From contig JAYFMW010000028.1 of NCBI GenBank assembly GCA_042408215.1, positions 288,001 through 352,000 of the forward strand: DNA of 64,000 nucleotides, given 5' to 3'. Made by a program: the position numbers and the translations under genes. Below the pieces are notes generated by a model. That model was not told the origin of the DNA. It did no database searches and saw only the letters and a program-made list of their open reading frames with translations. How positions within the stretch are numbered: the first letter of the stretch is position 1; every line of letters starts with the position of its first letter. The stretch is from Microcoleus sp. (GTDB taxonomy: Bacteria; Cyanobacteriota; Cyanobacteriia; Cyanobacteriales; Microcoleaceae). Positions 10,266 through 19,649 of this stretch are shown here, one piece after another.

Positions 10266-11918
10266 TTAATCAGCGATGCGTTTGAATAGCAGAACTTGGT
10301 TTTTTTGATAAGTCAATTGAAATTTGGGCGTATTTTGAAGTTGATTTGCTAAGTTATTGCCAATTTTTTCGGTATCAGGCCAGGGATGGCGCTGGTTTAA
10401 TAAGATGTATTGAAATTCAGCTAAATCTGTTTGGGGTGAAATTTGCGAAAGCAATTTTACTATTGGGCGGTGGGCCAAGTGAGGGGCAAGTCTATTGTCT
10501 GTTAAGATACTGCTTTGGGGTTGAATTTGTGCGATCGCTTCCCGTGTAGCTTGCCAAGTATCTAGTCTATTTAGATAGAGAAAAAAGTCTTTGGATTCGC
10601 CGAGAAATAGGAAAATTATTAATGACCAAATTATCATGGTTTTTGGCAATTGCATTCCCAGCCAGAGTTGAGGAAGTTGGGAAAGTTTTAAGGGGAAATT
10701 GGCAAGTTTGGGATGGTTAAATTTTCCCCAAAGTACAGATCTGAAAAACAGTTGATGATTTGGTTGATCTTCTTCCTTTTTTCCTATTTCTGCTTCCCTC
10801 TTCCTGACATCCGTTACATCCGTTACAGAATCCGTTGCCGAACTTCCCTCTTCCTTCGAGATAACTGCTAACAAGAGAAAGGGAATTATCGGCACTGAAT
10901 ATTGATAGGCTAAACTGCGTTGAAAAGGCAAGTCTGAGAGGATATTGATGGCGAGAGTAGGGATGGCTGGAATTAGCGGCATCAAGTATCGCAGTCCTAT
11001 TTTGCGGGAGAAGGGCAACAGCCCCCAAATTACTGGTAAACTGAGTATAAATATATATTTAATAGTATCAAATGAAAGGACTTTTCCTAAGACTAACTGT
11101 GGTTTTAAGATGAGATTGATGGCAATTTCTAGTACAGATTTGCCTAAATAGCTGTAGCGCCCGACTCCTGCGACTTCGCTGCCGCTAAAGAAGGGGATAA
11201 TTTTTTGGGAAGCAATCACAAACCAGGCTGCACCGAGGAAAAGTGCGATCGCCCCGCACCGTTGCTTTTTCTCGCATAAAAATAGCCACAAACCCATAGC
11301 AGCAACGGTTAGGGACAAAACTGCTTTGCAACTTAAGACTAACAAAACGGCGCTACAAAACCACAGAACTTTGTTTAAACGGGCTGCTAAGATTGCGGCC
11401 AAAAGTGCGGGTAATGCGATTACTTCTGGGTGGAAGTCAAATAGATTGATATTAAATACTACCGGATATAGTAAGTAAATAAATGCGATCGCACGAGATT
11501 GTTCTGGATTCAAACTAGCCAAGCGTGCTAAACTCCAGGTAGGCCAAGCCCCCAGGGATAAAGCAACTGCTTGTACGAAAAACAACCAATGCACATCGGG
11601 GTAAATTTTGTACAACAAAGCCAGCGGATAATAGATTACCGCTGCGTGGTCGCCTAAAATATGAATCTGCATCAAGGAAGAAAAAGGCGTTTGGTTTTGG
11701 CTGATTAAGTAAATCGCTTGGTCAAAAATGCCCAAATCGAAAGCAGTGGATTGAAACAAAGCGTGTCGCAAACTGCTACACAAAAATAAAATTGTCGCAG
11801 CAGTGGCGATCGCCCACAGCAAACTCGACGGTGGCTGCGATCGACCTTCCTCTACATTTTCCGCGAGAGACACGCTAATGTCCTCACCAGAATCAACAAA
11901 ATTGGACGAATTCTGCAT
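10266..11918 (-). CDS. DUF2079 family membrane protein, paralog of the adjacent gene, with an in-frame repeat insert
   Basis: STAFDLGIFDQAIYLI, LGDHAAVI, NLFDFHPEVIA. Start uncertain. Confidence 0.8.
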   Translation of the reverse strand: MQNSSNFVDSGEDISVSLAENVEEGRSQPPSSLLWAIATAATILFLCSSLRHALFQSTAFDLGIFDQAIYLISQNQTPFSSLMQIHILGDHAAVIYYPLALLYKIYPDVHWLFFVQAVALSLGAWPTWSLARLASLNPEQSRAIAFIYLLYPVVFNINLFDFHPEVIALPALLAAILAARLNKVLWFCSAVLLVLSCKAVLSLTVAAMGLWLFLCEKKQRCGAIALFLGAAWFVIASQKIIPFFSGSEVAGVGRYSYLGKSVLEIAINLILKPQLVLGKVLSFDTIKYIFILSLPVIWGLLPFSRKIGLRYLMPLIPAIPTLAINILSDLPFQRSLAYQYSVPIIPFLLLAVISKEEGSSATDSVTDVTDVRKREAEIGKKEEDQPNHQLFFRSVLWGKFNHPKLANFPLKLSQLPQLWLGMQLPKTMIIWSLIIFLFLGESKDFFLYLNRLDTWQATREAIAQIQPQSSILTDNRLAPHLAHRPIVKLLSQISPQTDLAEFQYILLNQRHPWPDTEKIGNNLANQLQNTPKFQLTYQKNQVLLFKRIAD

Positions 11919-11953
11919 AAAATTTAGAATAATCCACAAAACCTTAAAAAATT

Positions 11954-13144
11954 GTGAAAGCGATAACTCTGCTCGGCTCCACCGGCTCCATCGGGACTCA
12001 AACCCTAGATATTGTAGCTCAATACCCGGAACAATTTCGGATTGTCGGCTTAACCGCCGGACGAAATGTTACATTGCTAGCGCAACAAATCAGAAAATTT
12101 CGGCCCGAAATTGTCGCAATTGGGGACGAAGATAAATTACAGGAATTACAAGAGGCGATCGCCGATATCGACCCTCAACCTATGATACTTGTAGGCGAGA
12201 CAGGCGTTGTCGAAGTTGCCAGATACGGCGACGCTGAAGCCGTCGTCACCGGCATAGTCGGCTGTGCCGGTTTGCTGCCAACAATTGCGGCCATCCAAGC
12301 AGGAAAAGATATCGCCTTAGCCAATAAAGAAACATTAATCGCAGGAGGCCCCGTTGTCAACCCCCTGATCGAAAAACACGGAGTTAAAATATTACCCGCA
12401 GACTCCGAACATTCAGCAATTTTTCAGTGTCTCCAAGGGGTTATTCCTGGCGGCTTGCGGCGAATTATTCTGACTGCTTCGGGAGGTTCTTTTCGAGATT
12501 TGCCAATTGAAAAGTTAGCCGAAGTAACTGTAGCCGATGCTTTGAAACATCCGAATTGGTCGATGGGGCAGAAAATCACAATTGATTCTGCGACTTTGAT
12601 GAATAAAGGATTAGAAGTAATTGAGGCTCACTATTTGTTCGGAATGGATTATGATGATATTGATATTGTCATCCATCCCCAGAGCATAATTCATTCATTA
12701 ATTGAGTTGCAAGATACGTCAGTTTTAGCGCAATTGGGATGGCCTGATATGCGGTTGCCGCTGCTTTACGCCTTGTCTTGGCCGGAGCGAATTCATACAG
12801 ATTGGAAACCCCTAAATTTGGTAAAAGCCGGAAATTTGACTTTCCGAGAACCAGACCATGAAAAGTATCCTTGTATGCAGTTAGCCTATGCGGCTGGACG
12901 GGCTGGCGGTTCGATGCCTGCGGTGTTGAATGCGGCGAACGAACAGGCGGTAGCACTATTTTTGGAGGAGAAGATTCAGTTTTTGGATATTCCGAAAGTG
13001 ATTGAGATAGCCTGCGAAAAACATCAACAAGATAACTGTCAAAGTCCTGGTTTAGATGATATTTTGGCTGCGGACAAGTGGGCGCGGCAGGAAGTTTTGG
13101 CGGCGAGTGAGGTTTTGGGCGATCGCATTCTTTCTGTTCGCTAA
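11954..13144 (+). CDS. dxr: 1-deoxy-D-xylulose-5-phosphate reductoisomerase
   Basis: [54 protein letters not shown]. Confidence 0.97.
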   Translation: MKAITLLGSTGSIGTQTLDIVAQYPEQFRIVGLTAGRNVTLLAQQIRKFRPEIVAIGDEDKLQELQEAIADIDPQPMILVGETGVVEVARYGDAEAVVTGIVGCAGLLPTIAAIQAGKDIALANKETLIAGGPVVNPLIEKHGVKILPADSEHSAIFQCLQGVIPGGLRRIILTASGGSFRDLPIEKLAEVTVADALKHPNWSMGQKITIDSATLMNKGLEVIEAHYLFGMDYDDIDIVIHPQSIIHSLIELQDTSVLAQLGWPDMRLPLLYALSWPERIHTDWKPLNLVKAGNLTFREPDHEKYPCMQLAYAAGRAGGSMPAVLNAANEQAVALFLEEKIQFLDIPKVIEIACEKHQQDNCQSPGLDDILAADKWARQEVLAASEVLGDRILSVR

Positions 13145-13198
13145 TTGTATCAGCAGAATTGCACGGGCTCTCCGGCCCGTGCCACAAAAACTTAACGT

Positions 13199-13306
13199 TA
13201 TATCAAATCCGTTTGTATCGGAATTATTCATCCCTCTCTTCTCTTCCTCTGTGCCCTCTGCGGTCTCTGCGGTTAAATCATTCCCATGCAACCGTAAACG
13301 ATATTA
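13199..13306. mobile_element. MITE, family with TATCAAATCCG...CGGAAACGATA ends. Related copies at 45276-45381 and 55263-55833; right end only near 21582.
   Basis: Imperfect ~25-bp TIRs; shared internal CTCTGCGGT..CTCTGCGGTTAAATCATTCC motif. Confidence 0.65.
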
Positions 13307-13935
13307 TACTTGTGGAACTATAGCCAACGGTGTAAATCGATGCCTCAATCCCTTGATAAAATAGAGCAATGAGCCTCAATCCTACAAGCAGCCGAATACC
13401 ATGCAAACTCAAGTTCGACCTACAGTATTTGAACTGAACCAACTAATTGTTCCTCCCAGCAATAAAGTGCAGTTACAAAAGGTTAGCTGGGAAATCTACG
13501 AAGCTATTTTAGACGAACTAGGAGAAGGTTATGCAGTTCGACTTGCTTATTACAAAGGAACATTAGAAATCAGGACGCCACTCCCAAAACATGAAAAAGC
13601 TAAATCGTTGATTGGATACTTGGTCAACGTGCTACGGTCAGAACTTAATATTGATTGTGAAGTTTTAGGTTCCACTACCTTCAAACGCCAAGATATGCAG
13701 GTCGGCGTAGAACCTGACGACTGTTTCTACATCCAAAATCAAGCTGCTGTCAGAGGCAAAGATAGGCTAGATTTAACTGTAGACCCGCCGCCAGATTTGG
13801 CGATCGAGATTGATAATTCTTCACAAACCAGTTTCAACTGCTATGAAGCTTTAGGAGTTCCCGAACTCTGGAGATATGACGGGGAAGTGCTGACAATTTA
13901 TCTGCTCCAAGAGGGCCAATATATTGAGTTTAATA

Positions 13936-15276
13936 GTTACAGGTTTTATGGGCAAATATTACACTTGCATTTCCCAACCATTTTGTAAGGTGTGACCCTT
14001 ACCGGACTTACTAATACGCCCTGTATTCCCTCAGCAAAAGCGTTGGGAAATGCTTTTTTGATAATATTAGCACTGCCATTCACATCCGCATTGATAAGTC
14101 TGCCATCACCAGCACGAAACAAACCTCGCTTAATTCGTTTACCTTTGTACTCTGAATGCTTGACACAAGGTTCATTATCTAAAAAAGAACACTTTGAAGT
14201 GTAACTTTCTTCAATAACCTTCACAACGATTCCTGCTAACTGCGCTTTATAAGTTAGCATTTCAATAAACCTTGCATGAGGTATTGCTACGAAGTTCTGA
14301 TTATTCCGCTTGCCGAGATTTATTCCCTGTTTCCAGTTATCGTTTTTACCAATCACCAGTGTCCCGATGCGGTTAGCTGCCAGATGATTGATGATGAATC
14401 GACTTGCATTATGCAGGTAATTATCTACTTTTACATTACGCTTGTGAGTTAATTGTTCAATTTTGATTGATGTCTTTTTCTCCCCTTTCAAGTATGACTG
14501 CAACAGTGCCTTCTTTTTGTGATAGTAGGCATTGATTGATTTGAGCGGTTTGCCATTTATTATCAGCGGCAAAAACCATTTTTGATTGGATGTAATTGTC
14601 GCTAAATTATTCAGACCAATATCAATCCCCGCTATCCCTTCAACACCTGATGATGATTGAGTTACAGACTTGGGTTCATAAACTACCTCCATCGAGTAAT
14701 GGTAAGTTTTTGGAACGATTCTGACTTGATTTACGACCCTAACTTTAGTGGTCAGAAATATGTCGGTCAAAGAAAGATTAATGATTCCTTTATTGAGCCA
14801 TTCTTTACTGATGGCTTGAGCGGTGTAAGTCAGGACATTTCTGCCTAATGTTTTGTGTTTGTATCTGGGTATTTTGGGTCTGGTTTTGAATTTATCTGGA
14901 TGGAGGTTATATTCCTTGGTAGCTGCAAAAAATGATTGCCAGCTTTCATGTAATCTCAATAATACTTGCTGAGATACTTTGGCTGGTAATCCTAGATAGT
15001 CAGTCGTTCCCTGACATAGTTTCTGTATTTTGTAATAATCGAGGTATTCTCCCGAACTGATGAATTTTTGTCGGATCAGGTAGTTAGCGTAGTTGAAAAG
15101 ATTCTTAGAAAGAAAGCACAAATTATCTAGCTGCTTGTATAGCCAGTGGTTTCGATCGATCATGTGCTTTTCAACTAGCTGCATTGTTTTGCCGTCATTT
15201 TTTACTATACTATACTATAGTATAGTATAGTATACATTGCTATTAATGGCTATAAAGTCAATGAAGTTTTATAATA
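13936..15276 (-). mobile_element. Non-autonomous tnpB-only insertion element (IS607/IS1341-like)
   Basis: Interrupts Uma2 precisely. TAATA at both junctions (13931-13935, 15272-15276). No tnpA. 30-bp palindrome at the left end. Confidence 0.85.
13946..15184 (-). CDS. tnpB: RNA-guided endonuclease TnpB family protein
   Basis: MQLVEKH..., SKNLFNYANY, GIDIGLNNLA (RuvC-I), EESYTSKCS, INADVNGSANI (RuvC-III). Confidence 0.92.
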   Translation of the reverse strand: MQLVEKHMIDRNHWLYKQLDNLCFLSKNLFNYANYLIRQKFISSGEYLDYYKIQKLCQGTTDYLGLPAKVSQQVLLRLHESWQSFFAATKEYNLHPDKFKTRPKIPRYKHKTLGRNVLTYTAQAISKEWLNKGIINLSLTDIFLTTKVRVVNQVRIVPKTYHYSMEVVYEPKSVTQSSSGVEGIAGIDIGLNNLATITSNQKWFLPLIINGKPLKSINAYYHKKKALLQSYLKGEKKTSIKIEQLTHKRNVKVDNYLHNASRFIINHLAANRIGTLVIGKNDNWKQGINLGKRNNQNFVAIPHARFIEMLTYKAQLAGIVVKVIEESYTSKCSFLDNEPCVKHSEYKGKRIKRGLFRAGDGRLINADVNGSANIIKKAFPNAFAEGIQGVLVSPVRVTPYKMVGKCKCNICP

Positions 15277-15450
15277 CCAGCCAAAACTTCCCAGACTTTC
15301 CGATTATCGATCTAATTACTCAATAGGTCGATCGCAGCAAAACCGAAGGCAGAAGCCCGACTATCAGAGCCTTTCGAGCTTGGATTCGAGAGCAATTACA
15401 AGCGAAATAAAGGCAAAACAATCTATGTTGGGCTTTCTGCCTTGTACTGG

Positions 15451-15963
15451 CTAACTCGCAACTTTTGCAGCAAAATCAGCCGCACTCATCTGTTCGTACA
15501 TTTCAAAAGGTTGATGAATCCAGGGATGATCCGCCAAATAATCCACATAATAATCTGGCTTCGCAACGGAACCAGCCTTGTACCAAAGCACAGCAGTCCG
15601 AATTTCCTGAATATCCGCGCTGTAGCGACTCTTCAGCCATAGGATACTTTGCTGTAAACTCACTCCCGAATCCACCAAGTCGTCAACCAGCAGAACTCGA
15701 TGCCCCAAATCATCGCCCACCATTGTCAAATCGCGGGCAAATTTAATCGAACTTCGGACTTTCCCCTCGGCCCCACTATAGGAAGAGGCAGCTAAAATTG
15801 CCAGCCGTTTGTCGAAAATCCGCGACAGAATATCGCCCACGCGCAGCCCTCCCCTGGCGATACACACAATGCGATCGAATTCCCACTTAGATTCATCAAT
15901 TTTTACCGCCAAATCCTCAATTTTCCGATGGTACTCTGGCCAAGAAATGTAAAGGTCACTCAT
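15451..15963 (-). CDS. Type I phosphoribosyltransferase (xanthine/guanine PRT-like)
   Basis: IVCIARGG, VLLVDDLVDSGVSL, WIHQPFE; ATG at 15963. Confidence 0.88.
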   Translation of the reverse strand: MSDLYISWPEYHRKIEDLAVKIDESKWEFDRIVCIARGGLRVGDILSRIFDKRLAILAASSYSGAEGKVRSSIKFARDLTMVGDDLGHRVLLVDDLVDSGVSLQQSILWLKSRYSADIQEIRTAVLWYKAGSVAKPDYYVDYLADHPWIHQPFEMYEQMSAADFAAKVAS

Positions 15964-16017
15964 GCCTAATATGATTGAAATGTTACAGATATTATTAAAG
16001 ATTTTGGGGAAAATGAC

Positions 16018-16767
16018 ATGAATGCGGACGAACTTCTCAGACGATATGCAGCCGGAGAACGGGTTTTTCACAAAGTAGACCTCAGCGGGGCAAATATCTC
16101 TAGAACAAATTTGCGTGATATTGACCTGACTGGAGCTATGTTAAAGAGTGCAAATTCGATCGGCATAACTCTCTACAGAGCAATTCTATATCAGGCAGAT
16201 CTCACCGCAGCCAACCTCTCTCAGGCCAACCTGATGTCGGCTAATTTGGGCGATTCTCAGGCGATAGGAGCTAACTTGAGCGGAGCCATCTTGCGGAGTG
16301 CCATACTTAGCGGAGCCGACTTAACAGGGGCTAGTCTCAGGGGTGCAGACATGAGAGAGGCCAACCTTCAGCGGGCAATTCTCTCTGGAGTTTATGCAGC
16401 TAACGCCAACTTGCAAGGAGCCAACTTGATACAAGTGAAACTTTGCCGAATCAACCTGAGCAAAGCAAATTTAACCGATGCCGACTTAACACAAGCCGAC
16501 CTCAGTAATGCTAACCTAGCCCAAGCAAATCTGAGTTGGACAAATTTAACCGAAGCAAATCTCCAAAAAGTGGATTTGAAAGGAGCTAATCTGAGCGGAG
16601 CTAACTTGAGTTGTGCCAATCTCCGGGGAGCTGATTTGAGCGGAGTTTTTCTGAAGGGAGCAAATCTGCGGGGGGCTGACCTGCATCAAGCTTCTTGGCG
16701 CGGGACAAATTGGAGCGAGGCGAATCTGAGAGAAGCAATCATGCCTGACGGAAAAATTTATGAATAA
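16018..16767 (+). CDS. Pentapeptide repeat protein
   Basis: ELLRRYAAGERVF cap, A(N/D)LXX repeats, AIMPDG end. Confidence 0.92.
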   Translation: MNADELLRRYAAGERVFHKVDLSGANISRTNLRDIDLTGAMLKSANSIGITLYRAILYQADLTAANLSQANLMSANLGDSQAIGANLSGAILRSAILSGADLTGASLRGADMREANLQRAILSGVYAANANLQGANLIQVKLCRINLSKANLTDADLTQADLSNANLAQANLSWTNLTEANLQKVDLKGANLSGANLSCANLRGADLSGVFLKGANLRGADLHQASWRGTNWSEANLREAIMPDGKIYE

Positions 16768-16836
16768 AATCACGATCGATCTTGCGATCGCATTTATCGA
16801 CAGGCCGGTAAAATCACGATCATTATTTGCTACTTT

Positions 16837-17031
16837 TTGATTGCCTCGATCGTTTTTTTGGTGTGGTTAAAACGTTTTTTAAACGATACTGCGACATCTA
16901 AAAAAGACGTGATATCTTGGATCGCCTTAGTGATAGGCCCTCTGATGTGGCCTGTAGTTTTGCCCCTGTCCCTTTTACAAATGACGAGCAAAAAGTCTGT
17001 CGCACCAGCTAAATGCGCTCTAGAAGACTAA
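16837..17031 (+). CDS. Small two-TM membrane protein; true start possibly displaced by a 44-bp insertion
   Basis: Hydrophobic segments; WPVVLPLS motif; see findings. Confidence 0.55.
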   Translation: MIASIVFLVWLKRFLNDTATSKKDVISWIALVIGPLMWPVVLPLSLLQMTSKKSVAPAKCALED

Positions 17032-17484
17032 GAAATTGTTGAGTTAACAGACTAGAAAACACTCCTAACAGGAACAAGGATTTATCCGTGTTCCTGCACG
17101 ATAAAATCTCAAATCTCAAATCTCAAATCGGCTGAATTACTCATCTGTTGTAGGGTGAAAGCTTGAATAAAAATTACGAACCCGAGAACGGTTCTTTTTT
17201 TTTACCCCGCTCAAACTTGGCCTTGAGAGGTAGATTGCGAGCGGGCAAAAGTTGCCGAACTCTTACCCTAGTGATATAGACAATTAACGGCAGAGAATGC
17301 AATATAAAAGGGGTAACAACAATAACTAGGGCAAATCTCAAGCAGGACTTGTTTTATGTCATCAGGTATCAGGAGTCGGGGGAGGGTTCAGATTTTTAAG
17401 AGGTGCTGCATTGTGGGGAACTCACGAAAAAAAGTGTCGTCACTGTAGGGGAATGTTCTATTTGCACAAAAATCAGGAGTGAAA

Positions 17485-17646
17485 ATGAAGGAAATATCTG
17501 AGAAGCCAATTTATCGAATTCTTAATCTGGTGTCGATGCTAGCGCTGAGCTACTACGCAGTTACTTCGATCAATTACATTTTTGAGAGCGATGCTCACAT
17601 CTACAGCTATGACATCCAGAGCAATTCCAACCAACAGCGCAACTAG
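17485..17646 (+). CDS. Putative 53-aa single-TM small protein
   Basis: AGGAG RBS 6 nt before ATG; MKEISEKPIYRILNLVSMLALSYYAVTSINYIFESDAHIYSYDIQSNSNQQRN. Confidence 0.5.
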   Translation: MKEISEKPIYRILNLVSMLALSYYAVTSINYIFESDAHIYSYDIQSNSNQQRN

Positions 17647-18670
17647 AAGCACAAATTGGGTAAATAGTACAGTTGGTCTAGGTCTGTCGAACAAAATTCT
17701 GGGGAAATTGCTAATTACTAATTGATCGCTCGAACTTAGCAATTAGCAAAAAAACATTGCTTGCCATCAAATACGATCGGTTTAGTTTAAAAATTAGACT
17801 TGAAAAAATATACTGTATCAAAAGATCCTAATTATTGAGGTTGTGTGCTAATTAAGAATTAAAGATCAGTTAAAAACCCTGTTAGAGAAATCGGCGATCG
17901 TCCAATTGCTACTACACATAGGAAGTCCGCGATGAGGCGGACTGAAGAGAAGAGGGGTATTAAACCATAACTGGGTATAAAATCGCACCTATAGTAGCCT
18001 TTGGGGCGGAAACCAGCGGGGGTCAGCGGTGTTGCAAAGAGCGGTAAAGATCGTGCAGCGTGACGATCGCCAATTGGGCTCGTGACACACATTTTGTAGG
18101 AAAAGTCGGGGGTACGCAGCAGGGTTAACTGCGGGGGGGAAAAAAAATTGAATTCTTGGGAACTATTGGCTAAACTCAAAAGTCTGATGAACCAGAGTCT
18201 ACTAAACCAATGGTAACTCTGTTACTAAACTGCCCAATTGCGGGCGATCGTACAAGTTGCGATCGCAAGGCGATCGGACAAATTGCCAAGGACGGGGGTG
18301 CAATTTCTACTTGAGAGTGTACTCCCATTAAAAATGGTGTCTGTGTATTTCCCGGCTATTGTTTAAAAAATTACTAGCTGCATCCAAGCTCGACATGGTA
18401 CACTCAAAAACGTTTAATTGGAATAGTTTCGCGAGGAGGAGGAGTTGTGGAGTCGAGAGTCCAGAGCCGGAAACAACCGATATTTGCTGCTCAAGGAACA
18501 CAGGATTCAACTCGCCACTCGAGGCTCCCTGCTGACAATTTAAATTACATGACAGCCTATAACGGCCGGGTAAATTAGGGTCTCAACCGATGTCCGGTTT
18601 CATTTATTGAATCCCTTTGGAGGGAAAAGTGTATTGTATAAAAATGATTCATCTTTTAGGAGGAGTGTAA

Positions 18671-19540
18671 ATGACACAGGTAACTAATCCAACAACGCCA
18701 GCAAGTTCAGTCCCATTTGGCAGTGGACTGAATATTAAAGGTATCGCAGGCGACAACAGGTTGACTGGCGGCACAGGAGCCGATGTCATCCAGACTTTTG
18801 CGGGCAACGATGTCATCGCCGCTGGTGATGGCAACGACCTGATATTGACGGGTGGTGGCAATGACAATGTCGATGGCGGTGCTGGCAATGATATTGTAGC
18901 TGCCGGTACTGGCAACGATGTGCTCGCTGGCGGCGGCGGCGAGGACTTATTCTTTGGCGGTAAAGGAACTGACCGAGTAGACGGCGGTGATGGCAATGAC
19001 ATACTTTCTGGAGATCAGGGGAACGACACCGTCAGTGGCGGTGCTGGCAACGACACCATCTTCGGCGGTACTGGCAACGATATCATCAGTGGCGTTGACG
19101 GCAACGACACCCTCTTCGGTGGTCAAGGAAATGATACTGTTGACGGCGGTGCTGGCAATGACTTGATCTCTGGCGACAGAGGAAGTGATGTCCTGACTGG
19201 TAATGCTGGCAGCGATACGTTCTACTTCGCTTCTGCTGGCTCAGATAATAGTGGCAAAGAACCTTACGGTGTAGACACGATCACTGACTTTACGCCTACC
19301 GAAGATAAGATTCGCTTGAAGTCAGGCGGTGCTTTTGCTGGTTTGGGCAGCAGTTTCGATTCCACCGAGTTTATTGTCGATGCTGCTTTCACCGGCAGCC
19401 CAACAGCCAACACGACGAACAAGTTGGTATACAACCCGACAAGCGGTTTGCTGTACTTCAACTCAGGCAGCGGAGTGCTGACTGTGGCTCAGTTGCAGCC
19501 TAATCTGACTATTACCTCGAACAACTTCGAGTTGTTCTAG
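18671..19540 (+). CDS. RTX/hemolysin-type calcium-binding repeat protein, likely secreted by a type I system
   Basis: Many GGxGNDxL nonapeptides; GVDTITDF and LVYN...GLLYFN C-terminus; AGGAGG RBS. Confidence 0.9.
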   Translation: MTQVTNPTTPASSVPFGSGLNIKGIAGDNRLTGGTGADVIQTFAGNDVIAAGDGNDLILTGGGNDNVDGGAGNDIVAAGTGNDVLAGGGGEDLFFGGKGTDRVDGGDGNDILSGDQGNDTVSGGAGNDTIFGGTGNDIISGVDGNDTLFGGQGNDTVDGGAGNDLISGDRGSDVLTGNAGSDTFYFASAGSDNSGKEPYGVDTITDFTPTEDKIRLKSGGAFAGLGSSFDSTEFIVDAAFTGSPTANTTNKLVYNPTSGLLYFNSGSGVLTVAQLQPNLTITSNNFELF

Positions 19541-19613
19541 AACAACTGGCGGTTGTGGGGCGGCACTGGTTCGGATTCGGGGCTGTTTCAAACTTCTGAA
19601 AGTTTTAGAGGAT

Positions 19614-19649
19614 TTCAACCTCACTCTGTCGCGACGGGGTGGGGTTGAC
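19614..19649 (+). terminator. Stem-loop downstream of the RTX gene, possible terminator
   Basis: TCAACCTCACTC-TGTCGCGACG-GGGTGGGGTTGA followed by CTTT. Confidence 0.35.

Larger units (their letters stand above)
13401..15410 (+). pseudogene. Uma2 family (DUF820) PD-(D/E)XK endonuclease, split by a tnpB element and carrying an extra nonsense codon
   Basis: VEPDDCFYI, PPPDLAIEID, ALGVPELWRYDG. Removing 13936-15276 restores the frame ...YIEFN-TSQNFPDFPIIDLITQ*VDRSKTEGRSPTIRAFRAWIREQLQAK* (TAG at 15324, TAA at 15408). Confidence 0.85.

Noticed and set aside
13401..13988. Intact 195-aa Uma2 protein
   Set aside because: The last ~17 residues are read-through into the inserted element. The native C-terminus is at 15277-15410 and contains a stop.
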